From the IMG/VR virus record IMGVR_UViG_3300044648_000427: a stretch of DNA of 64,000 nt; one strand, given 5' to 3'. Shown piece after piece: positions 19,981 through 31,099 of this stretch; position 1 is the first letter of the stretch, and each line of letters begins with the position of its first letter. A program made the position numbers and the translations under genes. The notes below the pieces were generated by a model. The model was not told the DNA's origin, made no database searches, and saw nothing but the letters and a program-made list of their open reading frames with translations. Source of the stretch: a virus.

Positions 19981-22427
19981 GCTTTCAAGATTTTCGTAAA
20001 TATAGTAGCTCTCGTCAAAATTCTAAAATTAAAGCTCTTCTCCAACGTTTAGAGAAATTCGAATCTGAAGCTAATCCTGTTGAAAACAATAACCTTTTTG
20101 CATTAGGTTTTACTAGTCGTAACTTTCTTACTTTTCATGATAATCTTGCTTTTTCCCGTTTACATACTCTTGCAGATGATGATGATTATAAATTAACTGC
20201 TGAACCTGACGGGAATTTATTTAAATTATGGTTTACGTTTGACGGAATAACGGAATTAGAGGATCATGCGTTATGGGGTCATATAGGTACTATTTACGGC
20301 GATAGCGGCTGTGACGCATTGGCCGAAGGTGTCTATGAGGGAATAGGAGCCGGAGGAACAATTTGTATGAAATTCAATGGAACCAATAAATATATTCAGG
20401 TTCTTCCATCGGAGCATTTAACAATAAATAATAAATCACAATTTTCAATTTTTATGCGTTTCAAAGTTGATGATGTAACTCAAACCCAAACCCTATTTGA
20501 AAAGTATGATGATTTAAATGGCTCATATGCTTACAAGGCAATCATAACAAACAGAAGAGTTGTATTTATGGTAAGTGTAAATGGAACAGGATATACCAAG
20601 GTTAATAACGCAAATTTGGTAAATAATACATGGTATGATGTTTGGATGAGACGTGATAATATTACACTAACAGTTTATGTAAATGGTTCAGATGCTACTG
20701 CTGGCTTAAATTCAGCAGGTTTCAGTGAAGAAGGTTTTAGTTCTGGTGGATTCACAACAAGATTTCCTCCAGTTGAATTTGAACCTATTCCTACCGGTAC
20801 AGGAGTGGGTACTTCATTACTTATAGGCGTGGATGGAACGTTACAGTCATTCTTTAAGGGTTATATTCAGGATTTTCGCATTTGGGGAAAACTTGTATCT
20901 TCTACTGAGATTTCTAATCAATGGACAAACAAAGTAAGTGTTTCAAATATTGCTTTTGAGCGATGTGCCGTTGTAGGATATGCTCCAATACGTTCTGCGA
21001 GGAGAAGAAGTTTTACGGAAACAATCACATTTGTTGATTCTCTTACCGTAACTTATAAACCTACTAATCCAAAGTTACGTTCTATTTCTAATAGTGTTAC
21101 TTTTAGTGATTCAATTACCCCTCTTACGAACGTTATCAAACCTGCTAATGTAGATGATACATTTACTTTTGGTGATTCTATATCAATATTTAGAGGAGCA
21201 ACTCAGGTCAAAGTAGGAGCAATAGTAAAATCTACTCAAACAACAGGTTTACCTCTTACTGTCAATTATGCAACAGACGTTGGATTTAGACCAAAATTTA
21301 TGTTATTTTGGGGGTCAAATGCAACATCATATAATTCATTCAGCCAAGATCCTAGATTTTTCATGGGTTTTTCTGATGGTACAAATAATATTGCTTATTG
21401 TGCAAGTTCAAATGATGGTACAGATACAACTGATACTGCAAAGGGTTTATATAATTCTGCAATTCTTGGAATAGACTATGACAATAATCTTGAATTTAAA
21501 GCAAATTGTACATTTTCAGATACAGGATTTAGTCTTATTTATTCTAATAACAATAATGTTGCTTCTATTATTAATTTTGTTGCTATAGGAGGATCTACAA
21601 TTACTAATATAAAGGTGGGAAGTTTTGCTCAACCAACATCTGCTACTGGCCTATTTTCAGTTACGGATGTAGGATTTAGTTCTGATGCTGTATTTTTATT
21701 GCCTACTCAATTTGCTACTATAAATTCGAAGACAGTTAATTTTGGCTTTTCCTTTGGGGCATTTAATACAAGTCAGGAATTTTCTATTTCAGGAACAGAT
21801 CAAGATAACGTTGGAACAACAGTAACTAGGAGAATTTCACGTAGCGATAGACTTATTACAATGTTAGGATCAGAACCTACTGGAATTCATACTGTTATGA
21901 AGATGGCTGATCTATCAGAGATTACACCAACTGGGTTTGATCTTAATTATGATGTTAATCAGGCTACAGGTGCAACAGCGGGATTATGTGGATATGCAGC
22001 ACTCAAAGGGATTAAATGTGCAATTGGAAAATTTACCGTAGCATCTGGTACTGGTATTCAGACAGTTACTAATTCTAGTATTTCATTCAAACCATTAGTA
22101 ATGATATTTATGTCTCATGGAAGAGTAGTTCAAACTAATACTACTCCATTAACAGAATGTAAACTTTCAATAGGTGCAGCGGTTGATTCTTTAAATCGAC
22201 GTTCATCTCATTTACACAGTGCAGATGCTTTAGGAGAAGGAACTGCGGTACATCAAGGAAAATCAAATTCTACTTTAACTGTGTTCGAAGCAAACGATAG
22301 TCACAGTAATTCAACTACACAATTAAGTTTTGATATTGTCTCTATGAATCAGGGGGAATTTACTATAAATAAAACTGTATATAATACAAGCAATACTATA
22401 GATATTCATTACATTGCGTTAGCTTAA
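19977..22427 (+). CDS. Tail fibre/adhesin with LamG (concanavalin A-like) domain
   Basis: MKFNGTNKYI, FSIFMRFK, NTWYDV, YVNG, FKGYIQDFRIW LamG motifs; repeated GF.P. beta-domain in the C-terminal half. Confidence 0.8.
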   Translation: MSFQDFRKYSSSRQNSKIKALLQRLEKFESEANPVENNNLFALGFTSRNFLTFHDNLAFSRLHTLADDDDYKLTAEPDGNLFKLWFTFDGITELEDHALWGHIGTIYGDSGCDALAEGVYEGIGAGGTICMKFNGTNKYIQVLPSEHLTINNKSQFSIFMRFKVDDVTQTQTLFEKYDDLNGSYAYKAIITNRRVVFMVSVNGTGYTKVNNANLVNNTWYDVWMRRDNITLTVYVNGSDATAGLNSAGFSEEGFSSGGFTTRFPPVEFEPIPTGTGVGTSLLIGVDGTLQSFFKGYIQDFRIWGKLVSSTEISNQWTNKVSVSNIAFERCAVVGYAPIRSARRRSFTETITFVDSLTVTYKPTNPKLRSISNSVTFSDSITPLTNVIKPANVDDTFTFGDSISIFRGATQVKVGAIVKSTQTTGLPLTVNYATDVGFRPKFMLFWGSNATSYNSFSQDPRFFMGFSDGTNNIAYCASSNDGTDTTDTAKGLYNSAILGIDYDNNLEFKANCTFSDTGFSLIYSNNNNVASIINFVAIGGSTITNIKVGSFAQPTSATGLFSVTDVGFSSDAVFLLPTQFATINSKTVNFGFSFGAFNTSQEFSISGTDQDNVGTTVTRRISRSDRLITMLGSEPTGIHTVMKMADLSEITPTGFDLNYDVNQATGATAGLCGYAALKGIKCAIGKFTVASGTGIQTVTNSSISFKPLVMIFMSHGRVVQTNTTPLTECKLSIGAAVDSLNRRSSHLHSADALGEGTAVHQGKSNSTLTVFEANDSHSNSTTQLSFDIVSMNQGEFTINKTVYNTSNTIDIHYIALA

Positions 22428-22463
22428 TAGTTATTAAATGTTTCTATATAATATCATTTTCTG

Positions 22464-23435
22464 ATGTCTAGTGAGATTCTTGTTTCCCTTTTAGGTGGAG
22501 CTTGGGTCGGAGAGAATAATCTTTCTGCTCCACGTATGAATGCTAAAACCGTTTGGGTTGGAACGGGTGCAGCTTTATCTAATCTTTCTCCCACTTATCC
22601 CGGTCAGATAGCAGTATGTAGTTCAACCGAAAGTGGATTTATTAAAGATTCTGTTTATTATCGTGATACAGATAATGCAGGATGGTTATTCCTATCAATG
22701 TCTAAGCATACTCATAATGTTGACGATCATTTATCAGGTGGTCTTTATACTGATATAATGTATGATAATCTTATGAATGCTTATCAATGGGGTTCATTAA
22801 GTGTTACAAAGGAAATGTTTCATAATATTGTAGCTGGTTCGGCAACAATTACCAATGATTTAAGTTCTGCGTCCGGAAAAGTTGTTTTAGATTCTGGGGC
22901 TATTGCTAATGATTATGCACAGAGCGTAGTACCGCCGGGGGCTAAATTATCTTTTGCACGTAAATCTAGGTTATTAGCGAAAGTTGGAGTTACGTTTGGA
23001 GGTAGTGGAGTAACAAATTACATTACAAGAATTGGTGTTGCTGGGGAAGATATTAACGGAGCAAATACTACAAGTAATAAATATGGTATTGAAGCTTGTT
23101 CTCAAGATTCTCAGGTTAATTGGATGATATTTAGTGCTAATGCAGGAACTAGAACTGGAGGAACAGTAACAAGTTCTCCTGTAGATGCTGGTTATGATTC
23201 AAGTGGTAAAGGTTATAGATTAGATCATACACCGAACCTTGATATAAAATTTTATAATAATGGTGTAAATTGTGGTGCTAATTGTACAAAAACAAGTAAT
23301 AATCCAAATTCTGGAAATACAGGAACAGATTATGTATTACGATTAGGAATAAAATCTACTAATACCAATGCGAAGAAGATGGCGTTATTCGGTATTAGAC
23401 TTATAGGAACCATTTCAGATGCCGCTTGGGCATAG
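22464..23435 (+). CDS. Putative virion structural (fibre-associated) protein
   Basis: Gly/Ser/Thr-rich; HTH-like KHTH motif; TAGTT at -36. Confidence 0.55.
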   Translation: MSSEILVSLLGGAWVGENNLSAPRMNAKTVWVGTGAALSNLSPTYPGQIAVCSSTESGFIKDSVYYRDTDNAGWLFLSMSKHTHNVDDHLSGGLYTDIMYDNLMNAYQWGSLSVTKEMFHNIVAGSATITNDLSSASGKVVLDSGAIANDYAQSVVPPGAKLSFARKSRLLAKVGVTFGGSGVTNYITRIGVAGEDINGANTTSNKYGIEACSQDSQVNWMIFSANAGTRTGGTVTSSPVDAGYDSSGKGYRLDHTPNLDIKFYNNGVNCGANCTKTSNNPNSGNTGTDYVLRLGIKSTNTNAKKMALFGIRLIGTISDAAWA

Positions 23436-23823
23436 AGAATTAGTTCGACTCAAGATGACTCCTCAGGAGGTTAATAATTTTAACCCTCCACAAGGAATTG
23501 ATATTACTTGGCATGATTATGATTATTATCAAGGAGAAGTTACAGCTTCAATTACGGGGCTAGAATGGTCAGCTCCTGATGATACATATTTAGTATATAA
23601 AGAAGAAGTTAATCATATGTTAGCTGATTTGAAGATTGCTCAAGATGGAATTAGAAGTAGTAAATATCCAATACCATTTATTCGTAGTATTGATACACGT
23701 AAAAGTTTTCTTGAAGATACTGAATATGATTATTTAATTAGTAAAGGAAAAACTAACACTGAAACTTTTTATGGTAAAAATAGAAAAACATATAAGTTAG
23801 AAACTGTAGGATTTGTAGTATGA
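23419..23823 (+). CDS. Hypothetical protein
   Basis: ORF track; overlaps neighbours. Confidence 0.55.
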   Translation: MPLGHRELVRLKMTPQEVNNFNPPQGIDITWHDYDYYQGEVTASITGLEWSAPDDTYLVYKEEVNHMLADLKIAQDGIRSSKYPIPFIRSIDTRKSFLEDTEYDYLISKGKTNTETFYGKNRKTYKLETVGFVV

Positions 23824-24038
23824 TAGATTCAAAATCAACTACAATAGTGTTTCATACAGTAAGTAAAAATGATGGTATGTTAATTCAGGTTAGTAAAAGA
23901 TTTATAGATGATTTATTAGAGTGCTTTGATGACAGACTAGAAAAGCTTACAAAATTTAGTAATACAAGGGAAGAACAACATGATAGAATTATTAGCTATA
24001 GAAATCAAATTATGAAACAAATAACACGATTAACATAA
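23820..24038 (+). CDS. Hypothetical protein
   Basis: ORF track; ATGA coupling. Confidence 0.5.
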   Translation: MIDSKSTTIVFHTVSKNDGMLIQVSKRFIDDLLECFDDRLEKLTKFSNTREEQHDRIISYRNQIMKQITRLT

Positions 24039-24044
24039 TGACTG

Positions 24045-24356
24045 ATGAATGTTTCCTTACAAATAAGACTTGATAATTCATTACTGAAAAATATAGTAAA
24101 AAATGGGATATTCCCAGATTCCTTAGAGAATGTACTAGCATTACGAGTACATGATTTATTAAGAAAATATACTATTCCCTATAAAGATATTTATAGAAAA
24201 GTAACACGCTCACAGGGAGTATTATTCAGTTTATATGAAATAAGTATAACAATTATTGATATTGAATTTGATATAGGTCAGTTAAAACTTTTATTCACAG
24301 AATGTCTTAATCCATTCGCTCATCAGATTAGAAAGATAAATATGGTAGTTCATTAA
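24045..24356 (+). CDS. Hypothetical protein
   Basis: ORF track. Confidence 0.5.
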   Translation: MNVSLQIRLDNSLLKNIVKNGIFPDSLENVLALRVHDLLRKYTIPYKDIYRKVTRSQGVLFSLYEISITIIDIEFDIGQLKLLFTECLNPFAHQIRKINMVVH

Positions 24357-24398
24357 TCAATAGTTCATTAAATGTAACAAACGCATGGACTCTCATCC

Positions 24399-27300
24399 AT
24401 GGTTGTTCTGCCTAATGATATTAGATTCTTTTATTCAGGTGGTACTGATAATCAAAATCCACTTGCAAGTTTAGGTGGCCAAATTTCTGTTACTCAAATT
24501 ATTAATGAATCTCAAGAAAACGTCTTCAATAATGTTACATTAATTGAAGCTGATAACGGATTAACAGATTACCGTTGTTTTTACGTAAAAAATGTAGGTC
24601 AAGAATTATGGAGAAATGCGGTTATTTGGCGAGAACAAGGTACACAATCTGGATTTGATAGTATTGGTATTGGGTTAGGAACTTCTATAATTGATGGTAC
24701 TGAACAAATAGTATTAGATAGGTTTACAGCTCCTATAAACGTTAATTTTGCTGGCCCTGATAGTAAGGAAAGTGCTTTACTGCTAGGTGATCTTGCCCCC
24801 GGTTCACATAAAGCAATTTGGGTAAGAAGGATAGTAGAACCTTTAGCAAGAACATTCAAGAACAATACATTTAAATTAAGAGTTGAATTAGGAAATCCCG
24901 CTGGTAGCGGTGGTGGCGGAGGAACGCCACCGGGAAATCCGCCCGGTCTGCCCGGAACTGGTGGCGGTGGAGGAACTGGAACGGGATGTCAGACAGGATA
25001 TCATAAAGTAAATGGTGTGTGTATTCCTGATACAGTACCTCCTATTACTGGAGGTGGAGGAGAAAATATTTTATGGCAATCTACTGCATGGTCTAATGGT
25101 CATGATAGAACAATTACCTCTCATAATGCTAGAGATCCCGATGATCCTACATTATCATTTGGTGCTGGTGAAAACAGAGAATTAATTATTAAAGGTGCAT
25201 CAGATCCCGGATTTGTTAATCATACAGGTGCCAGAACTCGTATATATGTAGATCAATTTGGTACTACTACTAATCATTATAATGCTTCACTAGAAATTCA
25301 AAAGTTTTATATTAATTCTTCACTCGATGGGTTATCTCTTAGATTACGTTCACGTCATAATGAAGATGATCCCACAACTAATCGTTTTGGAGGCTATAAT
25401 ATGTCAGTACATCATACAGAAATTGAAGCTCAACGTGAAAATTATCATAACGATCATACTAGTCTTACACCTTCTACTATATCCCTTCCTCATGCATTGG
25501 TAAATGGAACCGAGTATGGTATAAGATATTCATGCAGAGATACAACAGATGGAAAAGTAGAATTAAAAATGGAATTAAAAGGTGGTGCATATGGAACAAG
25601 TTATGTTGAAGTAGCTAAAGCATATGATAATAATCCATCATCCTATATGCTTGATAAACAACTTTACCTTAATAATCGTTCGTATTTCTGGATAAGGACT
25701 AATGGAGATGCTCCAGAAGATGTTAGATATGGTTTTGTTGTTTTCAGAGATTTAGACAAAAGTTCTGTTACATCATGCCCTGCTGGGTATACACTTAAAA
25801 ATGGGGTCTGTGTTGCTGATACACTTCCTACTACTCAACCTCCTCCTTCAGGTGGTGGAGGGGCTACAATTGCAGATTATACAGCTACGGCAGTTGGTGA
25901 TACTACTTGTGGTAGTACAGCTCAAACTATTGTTAGTAGAATCGTAGGTAGAAATCCTAATTTCCATATACCTTTAGGTGATTATACATATACCAGTTCA
26001 ACTGCTTGTTGGTTATCCATGATGACTCCTCTAAAATCTAAAATATTTTCTATGAATATTGGAAATCATGATGATGAAGAAGATGAAAGTAACACGTTAC
26101 GATCACAATATTTATCTTGGGTTAATTTATCTCAACCATACCATGCTTTTACATTTCGGAATACATTTGTACTTACCCTTTATACTTATGCTCCGTTTGG
26201 GTTTGGTTCTGGTTCAGCTCAATTTCAATTTGCACAACAGCAATTAGCGGCTGCGAGGGCTAACCCTGCGATTGACTGGATTATTGTTAATTTCCACAAA
26301 CCAATTTATACTGCTGCATCTAATCATTCTGGTTATACAGCTTTTCGTGATGTTTATCACCCATTATTCGATCAATATAAAGTAGATTTATGTTTATCTG
26401 GGCACGTACACAATTATCAGCGTACTAAACCACTTAAATATACTGGTACTGGAACTGGTAATAGTATAGCTAACAATCAGACTACAGGTTATATAAATCT
26501 TGTTAATCCGATATTTGTAATTGCCGGGTGTGGAGGAAGAGAAATAAGTTCAATTAGTGACCAACCATCCTATAATGCTGGTCAACGTGAAGGATATGGT
26601 TATGTACTTATGTCATGGTCAAACAATGGTAAAAAGCTTACATGTAGACATTATGATCAAACAGATACTTTACGTGATGAATGGACAATGGACAAAACTG
26701 CGGTCAGCCAACCCCCACCACCCCCCAGCGGAGGAGGGGGAACAACGCCACCACCAACTACAGGAGGCCAAATAGATAGTAATGGAATTAAATGGTTACT
26801 AGCAACAGGTCAACAATCTGTAATTCCTAATTCAAGATATGATAAAAGTGGAGATGAAAATGATTTTCGTTGGTCAGAAGTTTATCCTAATTTGAGAGAT
26901 AATGGATTTGAAGTTACAGCATATGGTATATTTGAGACTACTAATGGTGATGCTCATTTTGCTCTCAAACATTGGGGAGGAAATCATAGTGGAGATTGTC
27001 AATATAGCGAAGGAGGGAGTTGTTGCTGTTGGTATGACACGGGTATACGTGAAAATGGAGCGGTACAATTACAAATTGAGCGACCTCACCCCTCAAATGA
27101 TGACTTTAGTGCTACTACATTTATGAGTAATATTGGAGTAGGTATGTCTAATAATACTATTGGCCTTAAATGGATAATATATCCAATTCAAGAAGGTGGA
27201 GATGTTGATCGTGGTGGAGTAAAGTTGAAAATGTATGTAGATACTAGTGGATTTTCAGCAAGTAAACCACAAAATCAATGGAGATTAGTGTATGATATTA

Positions 27301-29279
27301 CGGACACTGGACAAATATTAGGTGATTATCCAGCTCCAGAAGAACAGGAAATTGAAGTTCGTAATTCAGATACTAATGATACTGTTATGTATGGTGGAGG
27401 AATTCACTGGAGAAGATTAAGTAGGGCTGATATTAATGCAGGGGGTACGAGTGGCGGTGGTGGAACTACACCTCCCCCATCTTCACCAGCTCAACCTCCT
27501 ACAAATGTTACATACTATTATGATTCAACTACCACACAAAACACACCACAAACTATAGATGCAGAAGAGTATGATAGTACAGAAGGTATTATTGCATGTA
27601 GGCCAAATAATGGTATCACCTCAACAGTAATTTCAGGTGGATATATTAATGTTAAAAGTAATAATTCTTCTGGTGGTATATATATTGACTACTGGAAGAA
27701 ACCTCGGTTTACTCAGGATAATTTACCGGGATTTAATCAGGTAGTCTCATTTTCCTTTCTGTATGAAGGACAAGGAAGTATTACTGTTAAATCTGCAAAT
27801 GAAATGACAGAAACAAATTGGGATAATCTTGATACTGTATTCGGTGGGTTCATGGTATTTTTAAATACTTCCCTAGTTACTACGGAGGGATATTCTAATG
27901 AAGTAAGTTTCCGAGCAAGATATTATGATAATATAAACAGTCCAGATCTCGCTGTACCACAACCGAGCTGGCTAGGACGTAATTCTCCAAGAACTCCTGT
28001 AGGTACATATCCTTTTCCAGCAGGAAAAACATTTGTAAATGGGAACATTTATAAAGTATTTATTACTTATCGAACTAATCAAACAGCACAAACTGTTGTA
28101 ATAACTGTATGGTTAGACTTTAGTGATGGAGTTGGATGGAGAAAAATTGTTGATTCTCATACATTTGATAGACTTAATTGGCTTCCGGGTACTGTTCCAC
28201 AAGGCTATGATGATACGGAACAGATTGAACAAGGGCCTGACTTAATAAAACGACATAGAATAGTTATACGTAACAATAATGTAGATCAAGGATCTAATAC
28301 TGATCTAAAGGTTAAAGATATAAAAATTGGTACAATGCCATATTTACCAGATCCTATAATTACTAATCCCCCCGGCGGCGGTGGAACAACAAATCCACCT
28401 CCAGACGATCCAGATCCTCCATCCGGAACTTCTGGTAATGACGCAAATGGTGTAAAAATGATTTATCCAACTAAGGCAAGTGGAGATACATTTTTATGGG
28501 ATTTGTCAGGTTCTAATTCCCGAATTGCTGGGCAAAATGTAACTGCTGTTAGAAGTACATCAGGTGGCCCATGGGCATTTAGTAAGAATTCAACAAATCC
28601 ATTCCGTATATATATTTATACAAAAGAAAATAGTATTAGTAATATAAATACAACTCAATTATCTACCATTCCCCCTATAAGTACATTTAATCATAATTCA
28701 CTTGCAACTTTAGGTTATTTCTATCAAGCTAGGGATTGGAAAAACATTGAATTTACAATTTACTTTTCTACAGACATGATTGTAGTAAATGATCAAGAAT
28801 TACCAAGTACTCAAACATCTTTCTTAAGTTTAATTGCTAGATCTGCTAATCATACTACTGCTAATGGTGGATGTGGAGGATCATCATATCATGCTGATTT
28901 TAATATTCAAACAGGTGGTATTAGATTTAAAAAAGAGCAATATCATAGTTCATATGCTACTGATTCATTTACTGCTACGAATATTGGTTCCTCACAGGGT
29001 AGGTGGATGGGTCTGAAATTCGTCGTTTGGAATAGATCATCTGATGGAAAAGTTGAAATGGAAATATGGGTAGATAAAGATGCAACAAATAGTTGGGTAA
29101 AATATTTAGGAAAAATTGATGCTGATGATTGGGGAACTGGAGCAGCTCAATGTGCGGGAACGCCGCCGGGTAAAAAGATTACTTGGGGATCACCTGTTAC
29201 AATGTTAAAAATGGATGTAACTCAAACAACGTTATTTATATCATACTTGTCTGTTAGAGAGATTACTCCTCCAAGTTAA
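24399..29279 (+). CDS. Giant multidomain virion adhesin: anchor domain, four copies of an unannotated beta-domain and a purple-acid-phosphatase-type metallophosphoesterase
   Basis: N-terminal SGG...SLGG.IS...YRCFYVKN tail-anchor-type domain; GD/GDxxY/GNHD/H/GHVH motifs; Pro/Gly linkers. Confidence 0.75.
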   Translation: MVVLPNDIRFFYSGGTDNQNPLASLGGQISVTQIINESQENVFNNVTLIEADNGLTDYRCFYVKNVGQELWRNAVIWREQGTQSGFDSIGIGLGTSIIDGTEQIVLDRFTAPINVNFAGPDSKESALLLGDLAPGSHKAIWVRRIVEPLARTFKNNTFKLRVELGNPAGSGGGGGTPPGNPPGLPGTGGGGGTGTGCQTGYHKVNGVCIPDTVPPITGGGGENILWQSTAWSNGHDRTITSHNARDPDDPTLSFGAGENRELIIKGASDPGFVNHTGARTRIYVDQFGTTTNHYNASLEIQKFYINSSLDGLSLRLRSRHNEDDPTTNRFGGYNMSVHHTEIEAQRENYHNDHTSLTPSTISLPHALVNGTEYGIRYSCRDTTDGKVELKMELKGGAYGTSYVEVAKAYDNNPSSYMLDKQLYLNNRSYFWIRTNGDAPEDVRYGFVVFRDLDKSSVTSCPAGYTLKNGVCVADTLPTTQPPPSGGGGATIADYTATAVGDTTCGSTAQTIVSRIVGRNPNFHIPLGDYTYTSSTACWLSMMTPLKSKIFSMNIGNHDDEEDESNTLRSQYLSWVNLSQPYHAFTFRNTFVLTLYTYAPFGFGSGSAQFQFAQQQLAAARANPAIDWIIVNFHKPIYTAASNHSGYTAFRDVYHPLFDQYKVDLCLSGHVHNYQRTKPLKYTGTGTGNSIANNQTTGYINLVNPIFVIAGCGGREISSISDQPSYNAGQREGYGYVLMSWSNNGKKLTCRHYDQTDTLRDEWTMDKTAVSQPPPPPSGGGGTTPPPTTGGQIDSNGIKWLLATGQQSVIPNSRYDKSGDENDFRWSEVYPNLRDNGFEVTAYGIFETTNGDAHFALKHWGGNHSGDCQYSEGGSCCCWYDTGIRENGAVQLQIERPHPSNDDFSATTFMSNIGVGMSNNTIGLKWIIYPIQEGGDVDRGGVKLKMYVDTSGFSASKPQNQWRLVYDITDTGQILGDYPAPEEQEIEVRNSDTNDTVMYGGGIHWRRLSRADINAGGTSGGGGTTPPPSSPAQPPTNVTYYYDSTTTQNTPQTIDAEEYDSTEGIIACRPNNGITSTVISGGYINVKSNNSSGGIYIDYWKKPRFTQDNLPGFNQVVSFSFLYEGQGSITVKSANEMTETNWDNLDTVFGGFMVFLNTSLVTTEGYSNEVSFRARYYDNINSPDLAVPQPSWLGRNSPRTPVGTYPFPAGKTFVNGNIYKVFITYRTNQTAQTVVITVWLDFSDGVGWRKIVDSHTFDRLNWLPGTVPQGYDDTEQIEQGPDLIKRHRIVIRNNNVDQGSNTDLKVKDIKIGTMPYLPDPIITNPPGGGGTTNPPPDDPDPPSGTSGNDANGVKMIYPTKASGDTFLWDLSGSNSRIAGQNVTAVRSTSGGPWAFSKNSTNPFRIYIYTKENSISNINTTQLSTIPPISTFNHNSLATLGYFYQARDWKNIEFTIYFSTDMIVVNDQELPSTQTSFLSLIARSANHTTANGGCGGSSYHADFNIQTGGIRFKKEQYHSSYATDSFTATNIGSSQGRWMGLKFVVWNRSSDGKVEMEIWVDKDATNSWVKYLGKIDADDWGTGAAQCAGTPPGKKITWGSPVTMLKMDVTQTTLFISYLSVREITPPS

Positions 29280-30769
29280 ATATATACTGTACAAGCAAGA
29301 TCATAAGTAAGATCTTCCACATAATGACTACTAGGATTGGGTTCACGTCGTACTAAACAAGTTCTTGAACCATCATAAGGATCACTTTGATTAATCCCTA
29401 CTTTTAGATATGTTTGAGCTGTTCCTTCAGTATAAACTAATACTAATCTATCATCTTTAGCCATACGATGAGAATTGTTTAAATCCTCAAAATACACTAC
29501 TGTATCACCTTGAGGTAATGTAGTAACATCAATTGAACCAAATGTTGTAACTATATCATTTCCTGAATTCTTCTTGATATATAAAGTTGCCGTTCCTATA
29601 GCTCCTCCATATTTTGACATAATCATATCAACACGTCGAATTTTCTTTCCAATAAGTTGAGATTTATCATTTACATTATTATTTTGAACAGAATTATCAT
29701 GAGCGATTAAACCCACATGATCTCTATTATGATCAAGCGTTATATCATGAGTTTTCGGAACAGTAAATAGTACTTGTAATGGAGGAACATCAACTAGTAA
29801 TCCTGAACAACCATCTGATTCATTAAAGTTAATATTATATACACCAATAAGGTTTGCAAAAACGGCTCCTGTAATAGGCTCTTCTACTGGTGGTGGGTCA
29901 GTTGATCCCGGTGGTGGATCTGGGTCAGGGTCAGGGTCAGGATCTGGGTTACTTCCTCCAAGTAAAGTTATATCAATCTCTCTGATACTTAATTTCTTGA
30001 ATGTTACATTCCCATTACCTCCTTCCCATTTGTAAAATACATATGGCCCTCCATGAATTCCTATATAATCTGGGCCTCCGTCGGCACTTCCTGTTCCAGT
30101 AGTTTTTTGACATGCTCCAGCTTGTGATCCCCATCCTCCAGAATCAACGAATTCATCTACTTTTACCCATGTATTAGTTTCATCTGCATCGATATAAGTT
30201 TCTCCTCTAACATTAGTATTATTATTAATATTAAAAATTACAAATTTAAAACCTACCCATTTATCCTTAGGGGCAGTTACTGCTGTGGTCTTCTCAGGTG
30301 TTGATGATTGATTAACATGCCACTGTTCTTTGACAAAGCGAACCTTACCTGTTTTTAGGTTAAATGTGGATTTATAGGCAAATCCTTCGCATTTTTTATC
30401 TGAAAAATGTCTACCAGTTCTAACATAAAAAGCCATAACTTTATCAGATGTTCCAGAATAATTAAAATATGCAGTAACTTCAATATTTTTCCAGTCTTTA
30501 GCATCCATATAATAGCCTCGTTCTTTCAATGTATTATGATTAGTAGTTATATTTGATTGAACAAATCCTGCACTGGTTGTTATTCCTATTCTAACATCAT
30601 CTTGTTTAGTAATAGTATAATCTTCTGATGCTGATCTATAGGTAATTGTACCGTTATCTCCATATATATCTACTCTTCCATCCGCCATAGGGTTAGTATC
30701 AATAACCCATGATTCCCCGTTAATTTTGGATGGATAAATCATTTGTACACCTAATTGATCATTAGCCAT
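29276..30769 (-). CDS. Adhesin-like protein; N-terminal domain homologous to the last domain of 24399..29279
   Basis: GV.MIYP.K, DWKNIE.T.YF, G..RF.KEQ.H, W.G.KFV shared; DPDPDP linker. Confidence 0.75.
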   Translation of the reverse strand: MANDQLGVQMIYPSKINGESWVIDTNPMADGRVDIYGDNGTITYRSASEDYTITKQDDVRIGITTSAGFVQSNITTNHNTLKERGYYMDAKDWKNIEVTAYFNYSGTSDKVMAFYVRTGRHFSDKKCEGFAYKSTFNLKTGKVRFVKEQWHVNQSSTPEKTTAVTAPKDKWVGFKFVIFNINNNTNVRGETYIDADETNTWVKVDEFVDSGGWGSQAGACQKTTGTGSADGGPDYIGIHGGPYVFYKWEGGNGNVTFKKLSIREIDITLLGGSNPDPDPDPDPDPPPGSTDPPPVEEPITGAVFANLIGVYNINFNESDGCSGLLVDVPPLQVLFTVPKTHDITLDHNRDHVGLIAHDNSVQNNNVNDKSQLIGKKIRRVDMIMSKYGGAIGTATLYIKKNSGNDIVTTFGSIDVTTLPQGDTVVYFEDLNNSHRMAKDDRLVLVYTEGTAQTYLKVGINQSDPYDGSRTCLVRREPNPSSHYVEDLTYDLACTVYI

Positions 30770-30864
30770 AAGATCTGAGCTTAGATTTTGGTATTTATGA
30801 CAACTAAGTTTACCTTATTTCAGTTTCAATAGTTGTTTTGTTTGATTTATTTAAAAGTTTTCAT

Positions 30865-31053
30865 ATGAAGTTACAGAAAGGAGCGATTCTATCAAAGAAT
30901 AATGCAAGTTACATTACATGTGTGAAATGCGGCAGAGAGTTAAATATCTTTAATGAATACGATTATTATGATCTAAATGGATCATTCATTAAAGAATGCT
31001 GCGGGAAAATTCACACACTTACTCAACATACTTATATCTTCCAATATAACTAA
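30865..31053 (+). CDS. Small Zn-finger protein
   Basis: CVKC...CCG.IH; ATG at 30865 lies 35 nt after TAGTT. Confidence 0.5.
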   Translation: MKLQKGAILSKNNASYITCVKCGRELNIFNEYDYYDLNGSFIKECCGKIHTLTQHTYIFQYN

Positions 31054-31099
31054 GAGGAATCTTAGTTCTCTTTTTTATCTTTCCTTATAATTTCTCCAT

